A DNA stretch of 64,000 nucleotides, from contig MU054187.1 in NCBI GenBank assembly GCA_013239625.1, forward strand, positions 15,764,941 to 15,828,940, given 5' to 3'. How positions within the stretch are numbered: the stretch's first letter is position 1; each line of letters begins with the position of its first letter. Below the pieces are notes generated by a model. That model worked only from the letters and a program-made list of their open reading frames with translations. It did no database searches and was not told where the DNA came from. The position numbers and the translations under genes are program-made. Positions 11,824 through 25,150 of this stretch are shown in pieces. The stretch comes from Lama guanicoe. Lineage: Eukaryota.

Positions 11824-14800
11824 GCAATATAAGGGGCAATTTCAAAAATTATATTTTGCAAAATAGGCTTTATATGGAAGAGGATAGACTATGGAAGTCA
11901 AATTCAGGACGTGAGATTAAGCAAAAAATTTTTTTTGATTAATAGGTATTTTTTAAAATTTTAATTTGTTTTCCAGCATGACATTTCAGATTTTTTACTG
12001 TGTTAAATTTTCTTGTGAATAGCCAAGAAGAAGACAGAACAGATATTCTCCCCAAGATTATTTGAAGTGGGGTCCTACTTTTCATGGAACACAGTCTGGA
12101 TGGAAAGAATAGATTCTGAGATATTTTTATACTTGTGATCTCCACCTCCCCCACCCAGGTAAATAATTTGTCAAAATAATTTTTAATACATTTGCCATTT
12201 CAGAGTTCTTAAGTTCAAAAGCACTAGGTTAAGCATTGAAATTATTTATGTTTTTTCTCAGAAATTATGCCAGGTGTGCACATTGCAAAACCTAATTATA
12301 AATGTCATGAGACAGGCTCAAGTGAGGATCTACTTAGTGATTAAGGCCACAAAGTGCCCCCTATCATTTTCACACTTGCAATTATTCATAACTTCAGACT
12401 TGTCTCAGCCAGATCAACTAAATTTCCCTTGAAAAATGGAGAAGGAAGCCAGTCTCACTCAGTCACAGTCCAGAAGGAATTCCCCGATTTCAAGGACTCA
12501 CATGACATGATTTCCTTTTAGTTCTGTACCTTATTTATCTTTTCATAAATCATCTTCTACGCTCCTTTATTTTAAAATTCAAATTAATAAAGTCCTGCAG
12601 TGAATTCTTTTTTCAGTTTCTGCAAAATTCTCTTCAATGACGAAGAATTCTTCAAAATCACAATACGATATTTTTAAGGCCTTTCGTCTCTCTCCTAAAG
12701 TGACACTCTGAAGTTTCACATAATTTCTAGTCTGCATCTCATAAAATACTGGCAAAATTTATTCAATTCAAATTAAATAGATGTAGCACAGCGTAATCTT
12801 TCTCTATTAAATATGTCACTTTTTGCAATTGTTTCTTAATATCCCTCACAGCTTCCATCTAAGATTAGCACTTTCTTTGCTGCCAGAGTTTCACTAACCT
12901 ACTGAATTATTCACTGAAGCATAACCTTCAGATATCAGGTTAGAAAGACCTTGATTATGGCAGGAAGTGAACTGTATAAACCATTTTTCTTTAAAAGAAA
13001 ATTTCTCAGTACAGCAAAGTCAGAAATGAGATAAGTATTAAATGTGTAAAAATTAAGTTCATAATTGATAGGAATTTAGCCAACTGTGACATTCCTGCAT
13101 TTTGTTTATTATAATGTATAATACCATCCTAAATACTGCAAGGCGGCATAAAAACATGTGCTTTGCCAGAGTGCTCACTGAACCTAAGAAGACACCAGCC
13201 TGGCTTCAGATTTACCTAACAAAATTGTCGCATGTTAAAGCACACCATGTTTTACAGTCTCTGAATATTCAGATTAATTTTTTTAAATTGTGTGTCCTTT
13301 CTGTGTTCCATTCACTTCTCTTTCCTTCCCCGGAGCTTTGTTTTAGTGTCCTATAGCACCAGAGCTCATAGTGAAGTCAGCAGTGCGCCATGGGCCTCCT
13401 TGAAGCAAATTCTATTAGTGGCGTCTGTTGCTTTATCTCAATTCAGTGCTGAAAGGTCATTAGAGTACTCATGGAGGAGACAACACTCTTGGCACACCTT
13501 TGCTAGTGCTGAAATCAGAAAACTCACCACTCACAGATCAGCCACTCACGGCCAGTCCACTGGGTGCCCAACAGCTGACGTGAAACCCTGATACACAGCA
13601 GCGGGTTTCTCCTAAATGAGAAGAAACGGCACAGACACGAACACTGGTCTACATTTGTCCACGTTTATTCCATCAGCCATTGGGAGAGACTATTATTTTC
13701 CTCCGATATATTTGACCTAAGACAGCATTCAAATGACTTTCCAAATACTCCAGTGGAGCATAGATATTTTAAATATCAGCTCACTTATTAATGTTAGGCT
13801 TCTCCCACCATTACCAGTGCTGGAAAAGTCAACACAACTTAAGAATGTCAATAGTAAGACAGGATGCATTATTAAAGAGTGTGCTTTGATCAGATTTTCT
13901 ACATAGATTTGCCGTTCAGATGGAGGCAATAAACTGAGAAACATTTTTCACCATGAATCAATGTAAGCAGTATAGACAATATTAACAATTTTCTTTTAAT
14001 GTTGCCCACTCTGTCCTTGATAAAAGTACCAATGACTTTCTCCCCTAAAATTTTAATCTCCTTGAACGATTAATTGAAAGGCATTTTATAAGCATTTAGG
14101 GAAGTGCCACATAAGGATGGGAAATGACAAGTTGCTCAGAACAAATCACACACTGGGGAAGAAAGGCCCAAGAAATACAGGCTGGTACAGAGAAAACTGA
14201 AAACACCTCTCCCTTAAAAAACAAAGGAAAATCTTATTAGAACAAACATCACAGCCATTTGCCATTTTGTCCAGGTGAAAAATTCAATTATTTTAGGTAC
14301 ATAGTAATTAAATGTTTTTACTGGAAAAACTTAGAATTGGGTTTTTTTTTTTTTAATAAGGCATTGCCCATGGTTTACCAGGGTACTAATATACCTTGTA
14401 TTTTTTGAAATTATTTTTCTTTATTCTGTGAATTTTTATCCTATAAATATTTGGGTTGTTGATTAAATATAGTTAAAAAAATAGAAAAAATGCCCCCCTT
14501 CTTTTCCACCTGTGTGACACATCGCCAATTCGATGTAACTTCACTTTTTTGCATTGGGCACTTCCATCTCTCCTGGGTAGAGTAGGAATTTAGAAAACCA
14601 GAGCATTAGCATATGAATGTGGACGACGTTATGTGGATTAGAAAGACACAGTAGGATACCATGTGACGAAGAGGAGAGAGATAGGTCATTTCCCAAGAAA
14701 ATTCCCCACAAATCCTCTTCCATTTGTTTCCAAAATGCAGAATGGAGATAGATTACAAAGAATGATCCTAGTGATGATTCTCAGTGGAGGGAGGCTCTAT

Positions 14801-15429
14801 AAAATTGCTGTCTCATTTACGATGATTAGGCCCCTAAAAAAGTGCAGAAATGAGTCAGACACTGCCGAGCCCTCAGGGAATCCAGTCTTGCAGAAGAGCT
14901 CTCAGTCTGGTCAAAGAGCATATGCTCGACCCAGCACAGGGACGGCCAGTGAGAGTATTCCTTCCCCAGTGTTCATGTCGCAGACATTTCCACTGGGCCT
15001 TTTTCTTGCTGATCGCACATGTGACTCCAGAATCTTTCTCAACAAAGGGTAGATTAGCATTTGAGTTGAAACCTTGCTATCTCTGCTTTAGGGGGCGGTC
15101 TTTATTCTACGATGTTTCTACCGTGTCTGAAGTCATGTATTCAAGATTTACATGGATGGGAAACACAGAATGTGCATGCTAGCTATGTCAGGAAGACACC
15201 TTAGTAAATTGCTTTGAAGACAAAGAGTTTGATCACACTAATTTAATTGAAAGTCAGGAAATACCCCCTCGTGAATCAGAATTCAGGAGATGATCTAGGG
15301 GCATTTCTCCTAGCGGTCATCTGTGAATTAAGATAGGACATGACTTATTTGATACTCCCGCTGATAGTTGAAATGAGCTCTAAAACCATTCTGTACATAA
15401 GAGTCATCAAATTTCATTGTAACTTTTAA

Positions 15430-15578
15430 TGCATTGCCTGCTTCCTCATGAAACTATCTGTTGTCTGAGGGCATAGAACATGTCTGTCTTTCTCACTGCT
15501 TTGTACGTGGTGTGTCACAAGGGGGTCCCTGGTACAGCATAAGGGCTCAATAAATATTTAACAAATTAATAAATTCAT
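15430..15578 (+). mobile_element. L2 3' end
   Basis: 'ctgagggcatagaacatgtctgtc...cctggtacagcataagggctcaataaatattt'. Confidence 0.75.
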
Positions 15579-17084
15579 TGTTTGACTCTCTGAAAGTGCT
15601 TGATATACGAAAGTTTAGGCAAAACAAGAATGTAAATATAAATGCAAGAGAAGCTGACTGGATATACCATATTTATCAGGCTAAACCCAGGTATTATCTT
15701 GGCTTTTCTGATGTTCCAATGACAATGAATGTAAACTTTGGTGAACTAAGATCCCCAATTCTTAATCAGCTTAATTCATGCTGGAAGAGCAGAGGCGAAC
15801 AGAGACTACTAGAAGATGAAGAAGGAGCATGGTAGATCTCACAGAAAGTCAATAATTAAATAAATTAGACATACGTTGGGACCAGAGCTTTGGAGAAGGT
15901 ACGGTGGGTACCAGGGTCTTAAGTTTCATATGGACCTGACAGCTGCAGGACCACTGGAGCTGAGGCTTTGTGTAAGGGGCAGAATCATCTCTCCTTTTAT
16001 ACCTGTTCACTGTCCCCCCTTCTGTCTGTTTTTATTCCCCCTCAAATCTGTAGCAGAAACCGTGTATTGCACAATGATCCAATGTAAGCAATACTAATTC
16101 TGTGCCACCAAGATAGCTCATGACAAATCAAACCAACTCATGTCCATTCTGTTAGTCTGCTTTGACTAAGTGTATCCAAAGGAGATTAACGATTATCAAA
16201 ATAAATTGAGGGAGTAATTTTTCTCCTCCCCAAACAATACTTTCTTATTAAGATCATTTATGAGATTGCTCATTTAAGACTGTGATACAGGCATTTTATT
16301 TACCACCTTCCTCTAGTTTGCCTGGATGCAGTGTTCACGGTGCTGAACAGAAGAGGTCTGTTGCTGGCACTCTGCAATGCATCAGTGGTTTTTGCAAGAG
16401 CTGCGCATCATTATTTCATTGAGACATCTTTTGCCCCTGTCCCTGTTGTCTCTTTTGGAACCAGTAAAAAACTACACCTGTGCTACTCGGTGAGCAATGG
16501 TTGTGTTCGCCTGTGAAAACAGGCCACAAAGATGGCAAATGGAACTTCTGCTGCTGGTCGTTTCATAGCACCTGCTTCAAAACACACACAGAAAATTTGA
16601 GCGATGTCCCCAAGCCATATAACAAACTAGGTCAGATTGCTCTTGGAACGATTACTCATTTCTGTGGCCCCCTTATCACTTCCTTGACTAGCCAAGTGAA
16701 TATTTCACTAGTGGGCTATTCATGGAAAGCCAATCAAGATTCGTGGCAGGGTGATTATTTATTTCAAATTTATGATTGTGTTCCCAGTATATATTAAAGG
16801 AAGTAGCTTGCTCTTACTTCCCCTACATAGAGCCATATGATGAGGAGTCTCTGAGTTAGGTGGCTGTTTCATAATTAAGTCAGGGCTGCAGACAGAATAA
16901 GCAGCTACCTAAGAAGTGTGATTTATAGATTTTTCCAAAGTGCTGTCTTACTGATTTGTTTTCTTCCAATGGCTTATCACCATACCTGAAAATGTCATTA
17001 GCATCACTCCTTATGGATCCCCTCAAGACAAAGCTTCTAGCAACTTTGAGTTGTCTGCTTTGAGGAGGAGTAAGAGGTTGAGGA

Positions 17085-18145
17085 ATTAAGTCTCTGAATT
17101 ACCACATGCTGGAATATTCCAGGACTCTACCCTCAGATAACTGCTCTGTCTAAGCCCTCTCCCAAAGTGATCTTTAAAAAAAAATTATTTATGTTCCATT
17201 AATGGAGGCACTGGCTATCTCTAAGTGATCTTAACCAATCCAGTGCATTAAATGAAATTTGCATTAAATATTGTGTAAAAATATTTCCAAATTTTGTCAC
17301 ACTCTTTTTCACTATGCTCTAGGATTTTAAATCTAATTTCCTATTAAACAATTCCACTTGGATGTGTAATTGACATCATAAATCCCATCTGACAGAAACT
17401 TCTTCCCCCCGCTTCCTTCATCCTAGCCAAAGTTGTCAGTATGTCCCCAGCTGCACAAATCTAGATTCTAGGGGCTATTTTTGGTTTCTTTATTTCTTCA
17501 CTTTGCACATCTGATTTACCAGTGAGTCTAGTCTGTTCTACATTCAAAATACATCTGTTCTCTGCACCATACCCGGAATGAACTTATGAAAATGTAGTAC
17601 AGTGAAAACATGCTCCTACTTAAATTTCCCCAATGTTTTCTCACAGAATTTAGAATAAAATTGCAAATCCTCACTATGAACTCAATATGCTGTGAATCAC
17701 TCTCACCTCATGTAGGTTCTTTATATACATAGTGGACTCTCTGCAGGGTCACTGTGCTGTGATGCTTTGATTACCTGGGATTTTTTTTTTCTTTTCCTTA
17801 ATGGATTAAGAATATTTATACCCAAGGTCCTTTCTCTGAAATACTTGGACTAACTCCTTTATTTCATTCATGTCCTAATTTGAAATCAGAGAGGCCTTCT
17901 TAACTATGCAATTACACAGTCCCCCAGTCACCTGTATCACACAATATTAGTATTGACTTTAACAGTGCTTATTAACTCTGAATTACCAGATTTATTTGTT
18001 TATTTCATTTTTGTTTTACCTCTTTTTCTGAGAACAGGGATCTTATCTGTCTTATTTACTACTCCCAGGACGTATCTGAACCGATGATTAAAATACTGTA
18101 GAAACTCTATACATATTGTTCAAAGGAATATAGAACGGATAGAAA
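17085..18145 (+). mobile_element. L2 3' segment
   Basis: 'attccacttggatgtgtaattgacatc', 'agaataaaattgcaaatcctcact', 'gagaacagggatcttatctgtcttatttact'. Confidence 0.75.
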
Positions 18146-18219
18146 TAAAGTCCTGGACTCCTAATGTATGGCCCTTGTATTCTTTCCACTTAATTGGCAC
18201 ATTCATAATGAATATCAAT

Positions 18220-18590
18220 GTGTGCATCAGTTTAAAATGTAGCTTCATGTATAAACTAGATTATGCTATAGGAACAAATTAACTTCCAAATCGCAATAGT
18301 TTAATATACAACTTGTAATAATTATTCAGAGGAGGTCTGATGCCAGTCCCTGGAGCTGCCCTTCCATCAGGTGACTCAGGGATCCAGGTTCCCTACATGT
18401 TGTGATGTCATCCTTTCCCGAGGGAGGTGCCACGTGAGCTCTCAAATGTTTGGTTGAGAAGAGCAACAGGTCACTCTGGTAAATCAGCACTGGCTGTGAC
18501 TTGTCTCATGGCCTCATATAACGGTGAGGGAGGCTGGATTACTTAGAGGAGCACGTGGTGTGTATAGTAAGCAGAGCTGCCTCTAACACA
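18220..18590. mobile_element. Old MaLR (MLT1J/K-like) LTR
   Basis: 'agattatgctataggaacaaat', 'gtgactcagggatccaggttcc', ends 'gcctctaacaca'. Confidence 0.6.
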
Positions 18591-19774
18591 GCATTAATGG
18601 CAAAGTTAGGCAAATTAAAGGAGTAAGATGTGGAGGGATGTAGGAGAAAAAAAGTTCGGGCGATAAAACATTTAAGAAGAAAAGAAGAGAATGAGAGAGA
18701 GAGAAAAAGACTTAACTGAAATATACCGATGGCTGTCTGGCCCCATGCACAGCTAACTCAAGGTCACCGACAGTCTCCACGCGGCTGAATATACTTCCCC
18801 ATTCGGTTTGCAGCTGACGCTCACGTTATTTCCTGTGCCTTGTATTATTTGAAGTTTGCCTCTTAAACTCATGTTCTTCTTGATTCTTTTCGCTCTGAAG
18901 TGTCTTCCCACCGTCAGATGGCTCCTCCCCAGGCTGGCCTTTGTGTTCCACTTCACAGCTAATCATCTTAGATTAATACCAGGGGCACTTTTGCCTAATG
19001 GAGTTTCAGCCAGAAAGAGAGGGAAAGAGAATCAAGAAGAAAGCTCCTGCTAAGTAAATATGTCTCCTCATTTCTCCTGTGTTTTACATGCTCTCTGGTA
19101 TAAAAGAAATCATGGAAGTCAATGGATTAAATAGAAATGTGAAGTAAGGAAATATGTGATAAAAGAGAGGCGGATAAAAACATACTTGAGCCCAGTGGGC
19201 GGACCATGTGGCGAGCTGATATAATACTTTAATTCTGGCCTCCCTGTGGCTGGCCCGGGTTGACAACATTTCAAAGATGACAATTATTTGGCATAAATCC
19301 AAGATTATACTTTAAATAAAAATGTTCATAAATCATAGCTCTTCCACTATGAATAAGACAAGCACATAAGCAATTACTTATAGGAGCAGTATTATCTTGC
19401 AATTCAAGCTGTTTCTTAAGTTGATTTGACTAAAAGCTTACTTTTTCCCTTAAAGTGAAAAATGAAAACATTCAACTTGTTTTGCTTTGCCCTGTATATG
19501 AAGTTCAATTAGATGAATCATCAGTGCTCTCACAAAGTTACATAAACGAAAAATGGGAAAGTAAGAAAAAGGAAATAAAAAGACAATATGTCTAGAGTGG
19601 AAGGTACTGGGGTAACAGCTGTAGAATGAAGCCAGGAGGGTGGGAGGGAATCAGGACTCAGTCCACCCGGTGAAAACGCTAAGTGCCACGAGCGACTGGG
19701 GACTTAGGGGGGAAAAATGATCTCTGTCCATTGGTTTCCAAAATGATAGCATCCATAAAGTAGCTTTTATGCCC

Positions 19775-19960
19775 ATTTTGCAGTGCTTAAGAGTGAGCGA
19801 CTCTGACTTCGAGTCCTGAATCTGCCACATACCAACTTTGTGCCCTTGGGTGAGTTTTTAAACTCAGAAGTGTCAGTTTTATCATTTATATAATGAAGAT
19901 TTAAACCTCCCAAGGTAGGTTTAAATAAAATAAGTCACAATGCTGGGCACCTATTACATG
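19775..19960 (+). mobile_element. MIR
   Basis: 'cttcgagtcctgaatctgccac...tgcccttgggtgagtt...tcagttttatcatttata'. Confidence 0.7.
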
Positions 19961-20459
19961 GAGTCTGTATACAGACAGTTAAATATGTTTCTAGATATCT
20001 ATCTATTATTCACTATCTCTGTCATTAAGAGTTATTTATGAATACTCATTTAGTTTATAAAAGATTATAATCTGACCACTATTTTCCTATCAAAGCTTAT
20101 ATAACACTGCATGACATGTAAAAGCTTTACCACTTCCATTTCCTAGTGTACACAAGTGTCTCATTGCTGCTTGTATGTCTTGCTAATATGGCAATTATTT
20201 TTTAAACTCCAGGATTAAAAAGGTCCAGGGTAGGGTATGCTGCTCACCCATATGGCCTGGGAAATAGCTCTCACATACATGCCAGCGGAATAAGGTTTTC
20301 TTGATGCAAAGAGAAGCTGTAAATTTAGTATGAGGAAATGTTATATTACCAAATAGTGAATAAAATTCAGAGAGATGCAGAGAAGTTATAGAAGACAAAT
20401 CCATATTGGTTCCAAATTAGATTTCTTTAGCACATTAAAAATTTAACACATTCAAATTT

Positions 20460-20665
20460 TGTAGATACTGACAGGCCTATGCAGAATACATAAAGAAGAT
20501 TATATGGTATAGCACAGGGAAATATATACAAGATCTTGTGGTGGCTCACAGTGAAAAAAATGTGACAATGAATATATGTATGTTCATGTATAACTGAAAA
20601 ACTGTGCTCTACACTGGAATCTGACACAACATTGTAAAATGACTATAACTCAATAAAAATAATAC
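20460..20665 (+). mobile_element. Relatively young L1 3' end (camelid-type)
   Basis: 'gtatagcacagggaaatatatacaagatcttgtggtggctcac...acaacattgtaaaatgactataactcaataaaaa'. Confidence 0.85.
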
Positions 20666-20849
20666 TAAAATGTAATGGAAATGGATTAAACCTGTAGCCT
20701 ATGTTGGACAAAATAACCTTTTAAGACAGAAGGTAAAGATAGTGATGCTTAATACAAAGCCAGTAAATAACCCATGGAAAACTTTTGGTGGGGAGGATTG
20801 GACTTTGAAAAAATTATTCTAATATTATCTGAAAGAATTTACATTACAG

Positions 20850-21100
20850 GAGTGACTTTCAATCTTTTTTTATTGTAACCTACAGTATGAAGCATATTTA
20901 GAATTCTGAGTCAGTGCACAAGCACACACACACACATACACACAAACACACACACACAAAGGCAAATAAACTTTGTAAAATAATATCTTCTGCAAATACA
21001 TGTAATGAAGTCTAATATGTTGTATCTTTTTATTGTTCATTAAATGTTAGTGACTTCCAGTACATTAATTCCCAGAACCTTAAATGGATTATGACCTAAT
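20850..21100. mobile_element. hAT/Charlie-like non-autonomous DNA transposon remnant with an internal (CA)n tract
   Basis: 'ttttattgtaaccctacagta' ... 'aaatggattatgacc'. (CA)n at about 20923-20958. Confidence 0.45.
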
Positions 21101-21824
21101 TATATAATACTCAATAAAATTATTAAAATAAAAATTATAAAAAAATCCTTACCTTATTATTATTCACATGTATAAGAAAGCTACAGGCATATGATTGAAA
21201 CAATAGAAATTCTTGAATTATATCTATGTTTACATAAACAATCTCACATAAAATAACGCTGCAATTCCAATTAGTGATAAGATCATATATCACACACACA
21301 CAAAATTCTTGGTGTAGATTTAGTCATTTTGGAAAAATGATGTTTAGATTCTCTATCTTACAGCTTATATCTAAATAAATTACAAAAGTATTAAAGATAT
21401 AAGTATACAAAAAATGAATAAAGGTAGTAAGATAATATAAAGACTATTTATGTTACTGTGGGTTGTGGAAAGCCTTTATGAGCATGATGACTAAGTCAGA
21501 AATTATTAAAAAATTATGGAATCAATTACTTACAATGTAAAGTTTAAATCCACATAACAATCTGATAATACTTTGAAGCATATATAATATACAAACTCTA
21601 ACATGTGGATGCCTTCCTTAATACTAAAAATAAATACCACAAAATAAAAACTGTGTGTGAAAACCATAAATAAACAATTCATAAAGAGTAAGGCTTAATC
21701 ATCTGTAACGAAATTTTTAAAATTAAAGCTGACTAGTAAAGAATTTCAAGGTAAACAATAATAAACAACTTTCATACTTATCAAATTGAGAAAGACGTAT
21801 TTTGAGAGTTGTAATGCCTGGCAT

Positions 21825-22060
21825 TATTTAGCTGACATTAACTGAATGTTTTCTATATGTCAGACACTATTTAAAAAATTCAGTATCCTGTTTAATCTTT
21901 CCAACAAAAAAAAAACCCTTAAGTAGGTAGATAGCTACCATCTCCAGTTACAGAACAGTGAGGCTGAGACTGGTTAAGTCACTTACCTTACAGAGCTGAT
22001 CAGAAGTGGAGTCATGTTTTGATGCCAGGAAATCTGACATCAGAGCCCACAGTTTTAATC
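21825..22060 (-). mobile_element. MIR inserted in degraded L1ME-like sequence (about 21100-22440)
   Basis: 'cagtgaggctgagactggttaagtcacttacc...tctgacatcagagcccacagttttaa'. Confidence 0.75.
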
Positions 22061-22439
22061 AGGAGTGTGAAAAAAATGTTGTAGGTGGCGTAAGGTGGTA
22101 CCATGGTTATTTCCAGAGAGCACTTCTACAAAATACCCCCAAAGCATTAAAAATGTACTTCCTGTTTAGAATATCAATTCTATTTCTACGAATTTACCCA
22201 AGACATAGCTGCAAACCTGTGCAATTAGATACTTAAATTTCCATAAAAAACTCTTCCACAGTAGTAGAAAATTAACAGAAATGAGAGATTACACACGTGC
22301 CACTTAGTACATTATTTGTGGCATATGTCTGTAACAGAATATCTTTTAGAAATTGAAATAACATTTTGATGAATAGTTATTGACAGAAAGAGTTAAGTAT
22401 GAAAACAGATTATACAACAAAATATATAACATGAATTTC

Positions 22440-22770
22440 ACTAGGAGAAGGAGATCAGAAGAGGGAAGACAGTGAGACCAAAGTAATAATTTCTGGCTCC
22501 CTTGCTGCAAGTTCTCCCTGAACTGACTGTGTCCACTGACCATGACACCATGACAACTGACTGCACAGCCCTTCATCCTTTTAAATTCCAGAGACGACCC
22601 TCCACTCACTCTTCTGTACTTTGGGTTGGTAACAGCTCACCTGGGACAAGCGCTAGATTTTGTCTTTACCTTTGTGTTTCCTCTATAGCCAAACACTTGT
22701 ATCTTCCCTCCTTTTAAAATAAACCTCCTCAGTTATCCATAGAGTTCACTGTATATTCAGTCTGGAGAAG
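22440..22770 (+). mobile_element. ERVL-type LTR remnant (LTR33/LTR16-like)
   Basis: LTR-like text with 'aaataaacctcc' near the end. Similar in style to the element at 38560-38910. Confidence 0.45.
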
Positions 22771-22859
22771 ACATAAGACAGGTTGCATAAACACTACATA
22801 ATCCTTATTTTGAATTCAAGGTGTAAGTAGAAACTCTTCCACTATTTAAAAATATTTAT

Positions 22860-24505
22860 CTATTAATTGGTTCTGTTCACCTAAAAGGCCTGGAGACAAT
22901 GAGTGACCCAGTGGCAATGAGCATCCCCAGGATGCAGAGTGTGCTTTTGGAGTAATGGAGGACACCATGTTGGGGGTGGGGTAGGAATGCAGAAGATAAC
23001 TCTGGAGCATCTTGACATAACGAAAGTTGAAAGTTGTCAGAGATTACTGGGACCAAGAGGACCATGTGAGCTTCAGAAAGGGTAAACACTGAAACTGATC
23101 TAAACTTGTTGACTATGTTTAAACAAATAAGTTTAAAAATATAGTTTTTAAAAAACCACATAATTGGTTACCTGCTGAAGACAACAGAAAACCAATTCAT
23201 TATCTTGAAAACTGATTAAATCAGAGGGAAAAGATAAACATCATCCTGCCTTTCCATATGAACTAAACCATGGGATAAAAAATTAGTAGGACAGAGGAGT
23301 TGTTCCTGGAAATATGTTTTAGTTTTGGATATTTGAAAAGACTTACAGGACTCAACAGAACATGCTCATTTCAGGCTATTATCTAAAGTCAAAGAGGTTG
23401 GTGCATCAAAAGGGAGGGAGTGCAGGTCAGCACTGGGGATCCAAGAGATATTCAGGTGCCATCTTCCCATGGTTCTTATTCATAGACAGATACACTTTGA
23501 GTTGGTCTGTGCACTGAATTCCGAATTTCAGCTTTAGAAGAGCTCAGGGCGGAAGCCTCCAGGAGGTCTCTAATGCCCTTCTGGTTACACAACCACCCAG
23601 CTGTGTAACCAGTTATGCCAGTAGAAAACAATCCATAAGCAAAGTGGCCCTGAAGTTTGGGGATCACCAGGGAAGTTTGGGTTTCAAACAAAACATCATA
23701 AATTTCAGTGCACTTATCTTAGTCAAAAGTCAAAGCCAGACATCCAGGCATCCCTGGAGATAGAGAGCTTTCCAAGGCCAGCTGTAGATTAACCCTATCC
23801 TACAGAGCCTCCTTCTGAAACTGTTCCACCAAAGAAGTAAAAACAAAACAAGAGAATCAGAATATCACTATTGTGCAGTCCCTAATGAATTTATGGATAT
23901 AGGCACTTTTCATTCTGGCTGCAAAAAAATCACACAAGGAGAAAAGACATTTTGTGCCTCCTGATGAAAGAACACACCATCAGTGGCATCAGTCCTGAGA
24001 TTGACTGAGTCTCTGGATACAATGGCCAATTTTCAGGAAATAAAGGACAGATGAACGTGTTAAATTGCACCAGGAGTACGAAATCAGCAAATCTGAACTG
24101 ACAAACTCAGGTCACATGCCTGTAGGTACTTTAAGACACTATGAGTTGTGTGTTCTTTACCTGAACAATTATATGGAAAGAAAGGGATGGGGCAAGGCAA
24201 TCTAAAGTTTTTTTGTTTGTTTTTGTTTTTGTTTTTGTTTTTGAACTAATAAGATATCAAGTTAAAATTTTGGCAAGACTGTATTTTGTGACTAGGGCTG
24301 CACACACACTTAGGTGGTAAAACCATACAGAGATGTAGAGAGAGTGGGTTTCTGTTGGGATGGAGCATGTGGAGGGGTTTCTGGGGGAACAAGGTTCTGT
24401 TTTTGACTCGAGTGTTTGCCTTATAGTATTTCATTAAGCAATACTGGTTGTGTATGTGAGGTTTTCCAGATCTGTGTTTTATTTTACAATAAAAGGTTTT
24501 AAAAA
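22860..24505 (+). mobile_element. L1MC-like 3' UTR interrupted by a MER21-like LTR at about 23335-23820
   Basis: 'gacccagtggcaatgagcatcccca' and terminal 'gtgttttattttacaataaaa'. The insert 'gaaaagacttacaggactcaaca' resembles the MER21-like element at 51.6 kb. Confidence 0.65.
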
Positions 24506-24917
24506 GTTAGAAACAGAGTATGGTTTATTGAGTGCTAAGGGAAGAAGTCTGAATTTAATTTGAAAATGTGCAATTATTTATTGATTATCTTTGATATAAT
24601 GATTAGATTTTGGAGAATTACAGGCTTCAGTCTGATTCCCAAAGGATAATTTGAGCATAGCTAGGTGAATAGAAATGCCACATTTAGGGCCATCTGGCAA
24701 CAGTACTTGGCTATTCTTGAGAATCCTAGATCAAGTTTGAATAAGAAACTCTTTCTTCGGACGTCACAGGCATTGTGGTGTAATAATCACAAAGTATTTG
24801 TGACAGCTTCACAAAAAGTGAGCTGGCTTGGGGCAAAGGGAGGACCCAGGCATGCCAGACCTGCTATGGTTCACTGCCAGTGTACCTTTTGGTTTCTTGG
24901 ACTGTATATTGTAACAA

Positions 24918-25150
24918 TAGATTACCAAAGGGGGAAGGGTAGAGAGGAATAAATTAGGAGTTTGGGATTAACAGATACACACTACTATGTACAGAATAGA
25001 TAAAACAACAAGGTCCTACTGTCTAGCACAGGGAACTATATTCAATAGTTTGTAGTAACCTGTAATGTGTATATGTATAACTAAATCACTTTGCTGTATA
25101 CCTAAAACTAATACAACATTGTAAATCAGCTATACTTCAATGAAAAAACT
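24918..25150 (+). mobile_element. Artiodactyl-type L1 3' end
   Basis: 'aaattaggagtttgggattaacagatacacactacta...acaacattgtaaatcagctatacttcaat'. Confidence 0.88.
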
